In this document: positions 9,778 through 19,130 of the stretch, one piece after another
Layout of the letters: the number at the start of each line of letters is the position of its first letter
Position numbering within the stretch: the first letter of the stretch is position 1
Assembly (NCBI GenBank): GCA_028279595.1
Contig: JANQNK010000013.1
Coordinates: forward strand, 1-64,000
DNA: 64,000 nucleotides
Source: Thermoplasmatota archaeon
GTDB lineage: Archaea > Thermoplasmatota > JAKEGO01
Direction of reading: 5' to 3'
Notes under the pieces: generated by a model
Told to the model about the DNA's origin: nothing
What the model saw: only the letters and a program-made list of their open reading frames with translations
The model's database searches: none
Position numbers and translations under genes: made by a program

Positions 9778-10584
9778 TCAGTATCTTCTGACCGCGATGA
9801 ATATCGCCGTTGCCATTACGGCGATGGCGAGGACCCCGAACACGATCGGAGGGAATCCCTCCGTCGACCCACCCTCCGAGGTGGTGTTGGTCGTTCCCGA
9901 TCCGTTCGGGGGGTCCGTTCCGGGAGCCGTACCGTTGTCGTCATCAAGGTAGTCGGGGATCCCGTCATCGTCGATATCATTGGCGATGGGCAGTTCCGTG
10001 AAGCTCTCGTTGTTGAGGTGGACCGTCCATTCGTTCTGTCCGACATCCGCCCACCACGCGACCTCGAAGCTGAGGCCGTTGCCGGCGGGGATCACCGTCA
10101 TCTCGGGGATGTGGAATGCGGCGACGTAGATCCCTTCCTCGCTGTAGTTTAGTGGTACCGAGTCGATCTCCTCCCAGGTGTCGTCCGACCGATTGTAGAG
10201 ATTGAAGTAAATCTCGTCAGGAGCTCCCTGCGAGAACTCGATGTGGACCGTCCAGTTCATCGGAGATTCCTCCTCGGCGAAATACAGGTCGGCGTCGAGG
10301 TCCGTGTCGTCGTTCGGACCGTGCCTTACCCAGAAGTTCAGGGTCTCCATGGAGTTTCCAGGCCCCAGTTTGCTCGCATTGTGCATCATGACGGATTCCG
10401 GGTCGGTCTCGTTCACGTTGAGCCAACACACGTACTCCGTCGTCGTCGAATCGCTGTTCTCCTCGTCCATGTGGAAATATACCACAGGCGAATCGTCCGT
10501 CGGTATCGCGCCTTCGCCTGACACCGCGGGCGGCATCATCGTTCCGATCGCTATCGCAAGGACCATCATCATCGTCCATCTCAT
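9778..10584 (-). CDS. Secreted protein with Thr/Gly linker and C-terminal membrane anchor
   Basis: Signal peptide, DxDxDGxPD Ca-binding-like motif, and C-terminal EGF-PPIVFGVLAIAVMATAIFIAVRRY (TM plus basic residues). Confidence 0.75.
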   Translation of the reverse strand: MRWTMMMVLAIAIGTMMPPAVSGEGAIPTDDSPVVYFHMDEENSDSTTTEYVCWLNVNETDPESVMMHNASKLGPGNSMETLNFWVRHGPNDDTDLDADLYFAEEESPMNWTVHIEFSQGAPDEIYFNLYNRSDDTWEEIDSVPLNYSEEGIYVAAFHIPEMTVIPAGNGLSFEVAWWADVGQNEWTVHLNNESFTELPIANDIDDDGIPDYLDDDNGTAPGTDPPNGSGTTNTTSEGGSTEGFPPIVFGVLAIAVMATAIFIAVRRY

Positions 10585-10650
10585 TCCATCATCTCCTGTT
10601 CCTCTTCGTCATCCTGTTAAGTATGAACCGGTAAACTCCGTACATTCCCC

Positions 10651-10941
10651 TCACTGTACGGTCCCCTCCGTGATCCTGTAGACGTATACCCCGCTATGGT
10701 CGATATCGGCCCGGACGCCGTTGCACATCCCCTTCTCGACGTAGTATCTCTTGACGCGTCTGGCGATGTATGGTTCCGACGCCCGGAAGTGCCTGTATGT
10801 CCCACGTCTCCTCCGGACCTTGTGTACGTCGAACAGGGCCATCTCCGGGTCCGATGTGAGGCCGATGTACCATTCCGAGTAGTTGCCGCCATGGTGGCCG
10901 ACGTATGTCGAGATCCGCTGCTTCAGCGATTTCTCGGGCAT
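10651..10941 (-). CDS. Small hypothetical protein with GIY-YIG-like motifs
   Basis: 96 aa with WYIGLTSDP..H and a C-terminal GVYVY. Confidence 0.6.
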   Translation of the reverse strand: MPEKSLKQRISTYVGHHGGNYSEWYIGLTSDPEMALFDVHKVRRRRGTYRHFRASEPYIARRVKRYYVEKGMCNGVRADIDHSGVYVYRITEGTVQ

Positions 10942-11239
10942 GGGAACCTTGCTGATGTCGAACGTCTCCTCGATGTTATCCCCTCTGCAGGTGCGAAGCC
11001 CCGCGGACCCCGTGATAGGTCATAGTTGCGGAGGAGCCCGCGGAATTCTCTTCGCATGATATTTACCCGCCGGGGTCGGTATTAGTAAAATTTGGGACGA
11101 CCGTCGAAATAAGAGGGTCGAAATTAGGACGTGTTTCGAATTAAGGTAAAACCTGACCGGCTTTCGATAATTTCTTGTCGATGGCCCCTGCTATGATACA
11201 TTTCTTATACCGTCTGGCCGTTCTCTGGCCGGTGATCGG

Positions 11240-12886
11240 ATGAATAGAATGCCCATTGTCATATTGCTCGCTTGTGTTGTGATCGCTTTCGCCATCGGAG
11301 CGGTCTCGGGAGCCGACCACATCGTCGACGACGATGCCGGATCCTGGAGAACGCATTCCACAATTCAGGACGCGATCAACGATTCCGCCGAATTCGATAC
11401 CGTTCACGTCTACGCCGGGACCTACCAAGAGAACGTCATCGTCAACCAGACCATCGATCTCATCGGCAATGGGACCGATACGATCATAAACGGTTCATTC
11501 GCCGGGGATACTGTATACATCGATTCCGACAGGGTGAACATGTCATACTTCCACGTCACCGGCGGCTCGTCCCGGGGGATATACATGGACGGCGACTACC
11601 TCTGGGTCCACAACCTGACCGTCAACGACTCGGTCTCGTCCGGAATATATATGAAACGTTTCTGGAGCACTGTGGACAATTGCACCGTCTCCGACACCAG
11701 GTACGGGCTGGAGATCATCTGGACCCAGTGGCATACAGTCAAGGAGAGCCACTTCGAGAACAATGAACGTTCCGGGCTCAATCTCGGCAATGCATTCGAT
11801 ATGGAGCTCTATAACAACACTTTCCTCAACTGCGGCCTTCGGGTGAGCGGCTCAAGCGAGAATGCCTACACGAGCCATATCATCGAGGACTGCTCTGTGG
11901 ACGGAAGACCGATCCTCTACATGTCCGAGGCCGAGAACGTCACGGTACCGGCTGGGGCGGGCCAGGTCATCGTCACCGGAAGTGCCAATGTGACGGTGGA
12001 GGACCAGTACCTCCACAATTCATCATATGGGCTCATTATCGGCTATTCGAAGCACATGACCGTCCGCGATTGCACTCTGGACGACCAGTACATATCCGCG
12101 TGGATCGAGAAGGTCGACAACAGCGTATTCGAGGATGTTCGCATCAACCGGATCGATGACAACGGTCTCTACTTCACACAGTGCGAGCGGATAACGGTGG
12201 AGGACTGCAACGCCACCAACACCTGGGGGGAGCGTCCTCTGTACATATCCACTGATTCCTGGAACTTCCATGTCGTGAACTTCTCTGCCACCGACTTCTG
12301 GGCCGGGATGGTCGTCTACGGTGACGGCACGGTCATCGAGAACTCGACCCTATGGCTCAACTCCTATGGTATCTACATCGGCGATGACAACATAACCATC
12401 AGGAACAACAACGTCTACAACTGCCAGTTCGGGATCTACGGGAGCCTGGTCGAATGGATCAACATCACGAATAACAGTGTTCACGGATGCTCGAACCACG
12501 GCATATGGTTCCAGAGCGTGGAGAACGCCACGATAACGTACAATGAGATCTTCGACAACTCGGGATATGGTATCCGACTCTCGTCAGCCGGGATCTGGAA
12601 CAACCACATCCACCACAACAATTTCGCGGACAACGGCGGCGCCCACGTCGATACGGAAGGGACGCACGACACTTATGATGACGGCGTCTCGGAGGGCAAC
12701 TACTGGGACGACTGGGACGGGAACGGCACGTATGAGGTGGATGGAGGGAACGGGGAGGACAGATACCCACTCTCAGATCCAGTCAACACCACCGCTCCCG
12801 AGAAGATACCAGGTATTCATCTGCTTCTCGGAGTCTCCTCGGTGATGGTCGTCGCGGCCGTATTCCGCAGGCGCTGGAAACCTTGA
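11240..12886 (+). CDS. Secreted parallel beta-helix (NosD/CASH-like) glycoprotein with C-terminal sorting-signal-like anchor
   Basis: Signal peptide, IVDDD..IQDAI, beta-helix repeats, GNYWDDW, and APEKIPGIHL + TM + RRRWK. GGTGAT RBS upstream. Confidence 0.85.
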   Translation: MNRMPIVILLACVVIAFAIGAVSGADHIVDDDAGSWRTHSTIQDAINDSAEFDTVHVYAGTYQENVIVNQTIDLIGNGTDTIINGSFAGDTVYIDSDRVNMSYFHVTGGSSRGIYMDGDYLWVHNLTVNDSVSSGIYMKRFWSTVDNCTVSDTRYGLEIIWTQWHTVKESHFENNERSGLNLGNAFDMELYNNTFLNCGLRVSGSSENAYTSHIIEDCSVDGRPILYMSEAENVTVPAGAGQVIVTGSANVTVEDQYLHNSSYGLIIGYSKHMTVRDCTLDDQYISAWIEKVDNSVFEDVRINRIDDNGLYFTQCERITVEDCNATNTWGERPLYISTDSWNFHVVNFSATDFWAGMVVYGDGTVIENSTLWLNSYGIYIGDDNITIRNNNVYNCQFGIYGSLVEWINITNNSVHGCSNHGIWFQSVENATITYNEIFDNSGYGIRLSSAGIWNNHIHHNNFADNGGAHVDTEGTHDTYDDGVSEGNYWDDWDGNGTYEVDGGNGEDRYPLSDPVNTTAPEKIPGIHLLLGVSSVMVVAAVFRRRWKP

Positions 12887-12948
12887 TCAGCGAACACTGG
12901 CCGTTCCCAATCTATTAATATCGCCCGGCTCATTCAGACTGGGGTAAT

Positions 12949-15900
12949 ATGATGAGTCTATCCAGGGTATCCCTTGTGTTATGTCTGATAGCAGTATTCG
13001 CCATGGTGTTCGTCCCTCATTCGGAGGGACAGGTCCTCGTCGTGGACGATGACTGGGCGGGTGCTGACCACTCGACCATCCAGGACGCCATCAACGCGTC
13101 CTCCTCAGGAGGGATGGTACGGGTCCATGCTGGATGGTACAACGAGTCACTGAACATCAGCAAGCCCCTTTCACTCGTCGGGAACGGAACGGAAGGGAAG
13201 AACTCCACCCGGATGGACATACCATCGAGGTTCTACCCCGACGACGTGGACGATATCGAATTCACCGGCTTCAACGTCACCTCCGGTGGAGAGATCTTCT
13301 ATACGATCAATTGTGATGACATGGTCATCCACAACAATTCGTTCAGGGGGTATCAGACCGCCATCTGGATCATCGCGGGCGACAACGCAAATGTCACCCA
13401 CAATCATTTCCGGGACTTCAGAAACGGCGTCGTCCTGACATCCTCCACCGGAGGGGTGGTCTCCAACAACACATACTCGGGCCAGACCTCCAGCAGCACC
13501 ATGTACGCTGTTTACTTATCGAACGACGGGGCCCTGATCGAGAACAACACCATCAACGGGACCGGGAAGGCGATTTTCCTCGATAATGCGGACGGAGCCA
13601 TCGTAAGGAACAACAATGTCGGGAACACCCACCATGCCTGCCTCGAGATCTTCCAATCGGACAACGTCCTGGTCATGGACAACTCCTTCCATGGGCAGTC
13701 GTACGGGATAAAGTGGGATTCGGGTCAGAACATCAACTTCACCGGGAACGACATGTTCGGCGTCGGATTCTACCTCCAGACAGCACTGTCCCCGATACAC
13801 GGGCTGGTCTTCAACAACAACACCGCGAATGGGAGGCCGGTCGTCCATATAATGAGCTCCAACGACGTTGACATGACCGGCGAGTACGGCCAGGTGATCA
13901 TGGTCAACACCGACACTGCTAGGTTCTACGATATCGAGTTCGCCGACGTGGACATGGGCATCTACACCTCAGGGAGCGATGACGTGACGATAGAGAACTG
14001 CAGTTTCTACAATCACAAGAGGGCCATCGACATGTGGCACGGCGACGGTGTCAGGATCCTCAACTGCACGACGGTCTATCCATCAGAGATCGGTATCGGA
14101 CTGGCGCAGTGCCTGGATGTCGTGATAGACAACCACACGTCGACGGACGGGTTCCGGGGGGTCGTGATGGACAACTGGAACACCGAGGTCGTGGTTTCCA
14201 ACAGTACCTTTGACGGTGCCGACACCGCGCTGTACGGATACGGGGAGAACCTCACGTTCGAGAACCTCGAGATAACGGGCGCCAGCGACGAGGGGCTCTA
14301 TCTGGCCTACAGCCGGAACGTCACCGTCGAGAACTGCAGCTTCATCTTCGAGGCCAGCGACGGCATCTTCCTTTCGGAAACGGACGGAGTCCTCATCAAC
14401 AACTCGTACTTCGAGGCGATGGACCGGGGGATCCAGATATGGGACGCTGGTTCACCCACCTTCTCCGGCAACTACTCGGTCATGACGAACTCGACGTTCC
14501 ACGACTGCTGGATCGGCATATACCTATACGGCCCGGACAACTGCACGATCGCCAACAACACCTTCGATTCCTGCTCGGTGCGGGGCGTCTACCTCGACAG
14601 CGACACCGAGCAGAACAAGGTCTACTGGAACCGGTTCGAGTTCGGGGGCAGCTCCGACGGGCAGGCATACGACGAGGGCGGCAACAACTCCTGGGACAAC
14701 GGGACCGTTGGCAATTTCTGGACCGATTACGAAGGGGAGGACGCGGACGAGGACGGCATAGGCGACACGCCGCACGACATATACGGACCGGCAGGCGCCC
14801 AGGACAGATATCCCATCTTCGAGGAGCGGACCTCGGTAGTGCTGATTGTCGACGACGACTGGGCCGGAGCCGACCACGACAACATCCAGGACGCTGTCAA
14901 TGCTACCTATCCGGGAGACACCATCCTCGTGCATGCCGGTTGGTACAACGAATCCGTGAAGATAGAGTTCCCCATGACGATCGTCGGGAACGGGACGAAC
15001 GAGACCTACATCAATGGCAGTACGGCCTTCGACCTCGACTCATACGGAATTACCCTCCGCGGTATGAACATCAGCGCATCGACCTACTGCGTCCGCGGAT
15101 ACGACGCCCACGATACCATCCTCGAGAACTGCTCGATCAACACCACGGCAACGGGGACCTTCTGGTCTGACTGTGATGACATCCGCATTCGCAACTGCAC
15201 ATACGCCGTCGGCTCTGCCTCGCAGGCAGTGTATATCCTCGGTGGAAGCGGTGCCGTCATCACGAACAACCGGTTCATCGACCAGAGCTGGGGAATATGG
15301 GTGTCCGGGAACAACCTCTCGGTCATCAACAACACGTTCATAGATTGCTACACACCGGTGTACATGTCCGCAACGAACGGCGGCAACTTCTCCTACAACT
15401 ACGTGGAAGGGTGCACCATCGGACCGACGGTGAGCAACTCCGACGGGGACGAGATATGCGGTAACGAGATCCGGGACACGTTCATCGACGGTATCGACGT
15501 GATCACATCGACGAACATCAAGCTCCATGGCAACGAACTTTACGGGAGCGGGATCGACATCAACGGACTCGCGGAGAACAACTTCAACACCCACGAGATC
15601 CTCAGGAACACCGTTAACGGCCTGCCGGCCATCTATGTCGTGAACGAAATGTCAGTCACCATCGAGGGGGACTTCGGGCAGATCATGGTGGTAAGCTGCG
15701 ATGACATCCTCGTCAACGGTACGGAGACGGGCAACACCTCCGTGGGTGTCCTGATCCTGTACAGCTCCAATGTCACACTGGAGTCCTGCTACGTTCACAA
15801 CTGCTACATGGGCATCATCGCCAGATACTCCTCCGACCTCATCCTGATGAACCAGACGCTCAGGTTCAACTCGAACGCCATCCGCCTCGACGGTGTATCC

Positions 15901-18900
15901 CGGCTTCACATCGAGGGGCTCTTCTCCGAGTACGACAGCAGCACCCTCTCCGTGGATTCCCTCCTCGGTCTCGACAACCTCACGGTAATCGATTCGGTCC
16001 TGAAGGACTCGGCCAACGGGCTGAACCCGCGGTACGGCCGAGACGCCCATATCGAGAACGTGACCTTCCATGGGGCCATCGGCGTATACCCGCAGTCGAT
16101 GAGGAACGTCACCGTCGTGGACTGCGAGTTCGACAACTACAACTACGGAGTCTACACACAGGCCTCCGAGGACGTGGTGGTCGAGGACTGCGAGATCGTC
16201 GCCGGCATCACTGGCGTTTACATCTCCTCCTCCGACTGGATAACCATCCGCGGGTGCAACATATCCGAGGGTTCCAACGGCATCTACCCGAGCGGATCGA
16301 CGAACTGCACGTTCGAGGACAACAACATATTCGACACGAGCCAGAGGGGCATCTGGATATGGTATTCCGAGAACTGCACGATCAGGAACAATACCGTCAT
16401 GGACACCAACTACGGCGTTCTGATCAGCGTCACCGCGAACGACAACCTCGCCTATCTGAACCATTTCATGGACTGCAACATCGGGAACGCGTTCGACGAT
16501 GGTACCGACAACGAATGGGACAACGGCATCATCGGGAACTACTGGGACGATTACCAGGGGGTCGACGACAACTGGGACGGCATCGGCGACACACCCCACA
16601 ACGTCAGCGGCCAGGCGAACGCTACCGACAGATATCCGATCTTCATACACATCATCCTGCCCGAGATACGGGCACCGGCCGTGTCACCACAGTCAGGGTA
16701 CGTCGGCACGACGTTCAACTTCACCTTCACATATGCGAGCAACGAGAGCCTCGCCGCGGAGGACGCCATGGTATTCATCGACGACATCCCCTACGATATG
16801 GTACCTGCGAGCGAAGGGAACTGGACCACTGGCTGGGAGTTCTACTACGAGATCGCCCTTGACCGGGACACCCACTGGTACAACTTCACGGTGAACGACG
16901 GATCCGACTGGAACTCGACGGGCAACACCTCCGGTCCTGAGGTCCCCAACCGGGAGCCCGTCCTCTCCGATGCCACCATGTCCCCCTCCGAGGGGAACGA
17001 ATCCACCCTGTTCGTGTTCAACGTCACCTACACTGACGGGGACAACGACTGGCCCGAGTACATGGACGTGGAGTTCAACGGGACCGTGTATTCGATGTCC
17101 AGGAGCGACTCGGGCGATACGGACTTCACCGACGGTGCAGTCTTCACCTACTCGACCTATCTGTCGGTCGGAAACTGGACATATGCTTTCTGGGCATCCG
17201 ACTGGTACGATAGCACGTGGACAGAGCCAGTGGCGTTCATCGTGAACGAGTCCGACGTCCCGATCGTGCCGATCGCATACATCGATTCCGTCTCACCCGA
17301 TCCGGCGAGGTCGACGGACCTCGTGATGATGGAGGGGCATGGGTCGGGAGGCGTGATCCTCGGCTACAACTGGTCATCCGACGTGGACGGGTTCCTCGCG
17401 AACGCTTCCGTTCACAACGCCTCCCTGTCCGGCGGATGGCACAACATCTCGTTCAAGGTCATCAACGACGACGACCTATGGAGCGATCCCGTCGTCGAGA
17501 TGATCAGGGTGAACAACGCCCCGGGGACATTGAACGGATCGGTGAACATCACGGTTGCCCATGAACCGACGGACTTCCTCTTCACGGTCGAGTTCTTCGA
17601 CGACGATCCCGGGGACCACGCCGCCGCTATCGTCGAACTGCTGCTCGGTACCGAGACCTATCGGATGGGACCGATCCCGAACTCGTCGAACGAATACCGT
17701 TACAACCTCACACTCGACTACGGGACCTATCCGTTCTGGTTCAGGGTGGACGACGGACTGGAATCCTTCACCGGCGACACCCTGTGGGTAAGGGTCAACA
17801 AGGCGCCGGAGCTCACTGTACCGACGGTCGATCCGGACGGCGGGAACGAGACCACGCTCTTCACCTTCAATGTGACCTACACGGACCCGGAGAACGATCC
17901 CCCGACCGAGGTGCGCATCTCTATCGGAAACCAGACCTTCTACATGACGGCTGCGGACCCAGGGGACGGCAATTACACGGACGGCGCTGTGTACACGTAC
18001 ACCACACTTCTCGAGGCGGGTAACCACACCTACATCTTCACGGCGAGCGACGGGATCGATACGGGATTCACAGCGGGCTCGGAGCCGATCAGGGTGAACG
18101 AGAGCGACGCACCCGTCCTGCCGATCGCCCACATCGACTCCATAACACCGAACCCGGCGGACGCCTCCGACGTCGTGGATTTCGTCGGTCACGGGAGCGG
18201 CGGCCAGATTCTGGAGTATCGGTGGCTTTCCGACGTGGACGGATTGATCGGGACGTCCGGCGTATTCAACACGTCCGCCCTGTCCGTGGCGTCCCACAAC
18301 ATTACGTTCAGGGTGAGGAACGAGCACGGATGGAGCGACATCGTGAACCGAACGCTGGTGATCGGGACGAGCGTTCCCCTTGCGGACCTGGACATCACGT
18401 CCATCACGTTCTTCCCGCCCAGCCCGACGGTAGGTTCCACCGTGGCGGTCAACATCACCATCAGGAACCGGGGAAGCGTCGATGCCAACATCACCCTCGG
18501 ACTCTACCGGTACCGTGGGTCGAAGTCGTTCACCTCCCCCGACGAACTGAATCACATCGAGTCCTTCTCGATCATCGTCCTCGGGAACACATCGAGGTCG
18601 ATATCCTACGATTGGAAGGCGGTCCTCGGCAACTGGTCGCTGGTGGCCTGGGCCGACCCGGACGGTCTTGTGGACGAGCTCCTCGAGAACAACAATCACG
18701 AGGAGAACGAGATATCGGTCACTGACGCTCCAGAGAAGGACGAGGACGAGGACGCGGTGAACATCCTGTTGCTGGGACTGGTGGTCGTGCTGATCGTCCT
18801 GCTCTTCCTGTTCATCCTGAGGCGCAGGTCCGGTGGCAATGGTCGCCCTACCGAGGACGAGGTCTCCGGCGTCGGAGTCGATGATCACGAGGATGGACCT

Positions 18901-19083
18901 TCTCCTGTAGATGAGGGCTCCGAGGACATTCCAGAAGGACCCGATGATGCCGGCGAGGGACCGAGCGAGCCGGCCGATGACATTTCTGACGGACCAGAGG
19001 CCCCTGGGTCCGAGGATATCGTGACATCCAACGACGACGCCATAAAGGCCGAATCGGGCGGAGGGGAGTTGAACCTTCGATAG
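12949..19083 (+). CDS. 2044-aa cell-surface protein: two tandem beta-helix modules, repeated Ig/PKD-like domains, CARDB-like domain, TM, acidic tail
   Basis: VDDDWAGADH..IQDA occurs twice. FxFNVTYTD.(D/E)ND.P and W.SDVDG repeats, DPDGLVDELLENNN (CARDB-like), LLLGLVVVLIVLLFLFILRRR. Confidence 0.85.
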   Translation: MMSLSRVSLVLCLIAVFAMVFVPHSEGQVLVVDDDWAGADHSTIQDAINASSSGGMVRVHAGWYNESLNISKPLSLVGNGTEGKNSTRMDIPSRFYPDDVDDIEFTGFNVTSGGEIFYTINCDDMVIHNNSFRGYQTAIWIIAGDNANVTHNHFRDFRNGVVLTSSTGGVVSNNTYSGQTSSSTMYAVYLSNDGALIENNTINGTGKAIFLDNADGAIVRNNNVGNTHHACLEIFQSDNVLVMDNSFHGQSYGIKWDSGQNINFTGNDMFGVGFYLQTALSPIHGLVFNNNTANGRPVVHIMSSNDVDMTGEYGQVIMVNTDTARFYDIEFADVDMGIYTSGSDDVTIENCSFYNHKRAIDMWHGDGVRILNCTTVYPSEIGIGLAQCLDVVIDNHTSTDGFRGVVMDNWNTEVVVSNSTFDGADTALYGYGENLTFENLEITGASDEGLYLAYSRNVTVENCSFIFEASDGIFLSETDGVLINNSYFEAMDRGIQIWDAGSPTFSGNYSVMTNSTFHDCWIGIYLYGPDNCTIANNTFDSCSVRGVYLDSDTEQNKVYWNRFEFGGSSDGQAYDEGGNNSWDNGTVGNFWTDYEGEDADEDGIGDTPHDIYGPAGAQDRYPIFEERTSVVLIVDDDWAGADHDNIQDAVNATYPGDTILVHAGWYNESVKIEFPMTIVGNGTNETYINGSTAFDLDSYGITLRGMNISASTYCVRGYDAHDTILENCSINTTATGTFWSDCDDIRIRNCTYAVGSASQAVYILGGSGAVITNNRFIDQSWGIWVSGNNLSVINNTFIDCYTPVYMSATNGGNFSYNYVEGCTIGPTVSNSDGDEICGNEIRDTFIDGIDVITSTNIKLHGNELYGSGIDINGLAENNFNTHEILRNTVNGLPAIYVVNEMSVTIEGDFGQIMVVSCDDILVNGTETGNTSVGVLILYSSNVTLESCYVHNCYMGIIARYSSDLILMNQTLRFNSNAIRLDGVSRLHIEGLFSEYDSSTLSVDSLLGLDNLTVIDSVLKDSANGLNPRYGRDAHIENVTFHGAIGVYPQSMRNVTVVDCEFDNYNYGVYTQASEDVVVEDCEIVAGITGVYISSSDWITIRGCNISEGSNGIYPSGSTNCTFEDNNIFDTSQRGIWIWYSENCTIRNNTVMDTNYGVLISVTANDNLAYLNHFMDCNIGNAFDDGTDNEWDNGIIGNYWDDYQGVDDNWDGIGDTPHNVSGQANATDRYPIFIHIILPEIRAPAVSPQSGYVGTTFNFTFTYASNESLAAEDAMVFIDDIPYDMVPASEGNWTTGWEFYYEIALDRDTHWYNFTVNDGSDWNSTGNTSGPEVPNREPVLSDATMSPSEGNESTLFVFNVTYTDGDNDWPEYMDVEFNGTVYSMSRSDSGDTDFTDGAVFTYSTYLSVGNWTYAFWASDWYDSTWTEPVAFIVNESDVPIVPIAYIDSVSPDPARSTDLVMMEGHGSGGVILGYNWSSDVDGFLANASVHNASLSGGWHNISFKVINDDDLWSDPVVEMIRVNNAPGTLNGSVNITVAHEPTDFLFTVEFFDDDPGDHAAAIVELLLGTETYRMGPIPNSSNEYRYNLTLDYGTYPFWFRVDDGLESFTGDTLWVRVNKAPELTVPTVDPDGGNETTLFTFNVTYTDPENDPPTEVRISIGNQTFYMTAADPGDGNYTDGAVYTYTTLLEAGNHTYIFTASDGIDTGFTAGSEPIRVNESDAPVLPIAHIDSITPNPADASDVVDFVGHGSGGQILEYRWLSDVDGLIGTSGVFNTSALSVASHNITFRVRNEHGWSDIVNRTLVIGTSVPLADLDITSITFFPPSPTVGSTVAVNITIRNRGSVDANITLGLYRYRGSKSFTSPDELNHIESFSIIVLGNTSRSISYDWKAVLGNWSLVAWADPDGLVDELLENNNHEENEISVTDAPEKDEDEDAVNILLLGLVVVLIVLLFLFILRRRSGGNGRPTEDEVSGVGVDDHEDGPSPVDEGSEDIPEGPDDAGEGPSEPADDISDGPEAPGSEDIVTSNDDAIKAESGGGELNLR

Positions 19084-19130
19084 GCGAACTACTAAATACC
19101 GACCTGCGGATTACGAGCACGGTGTTTGCC

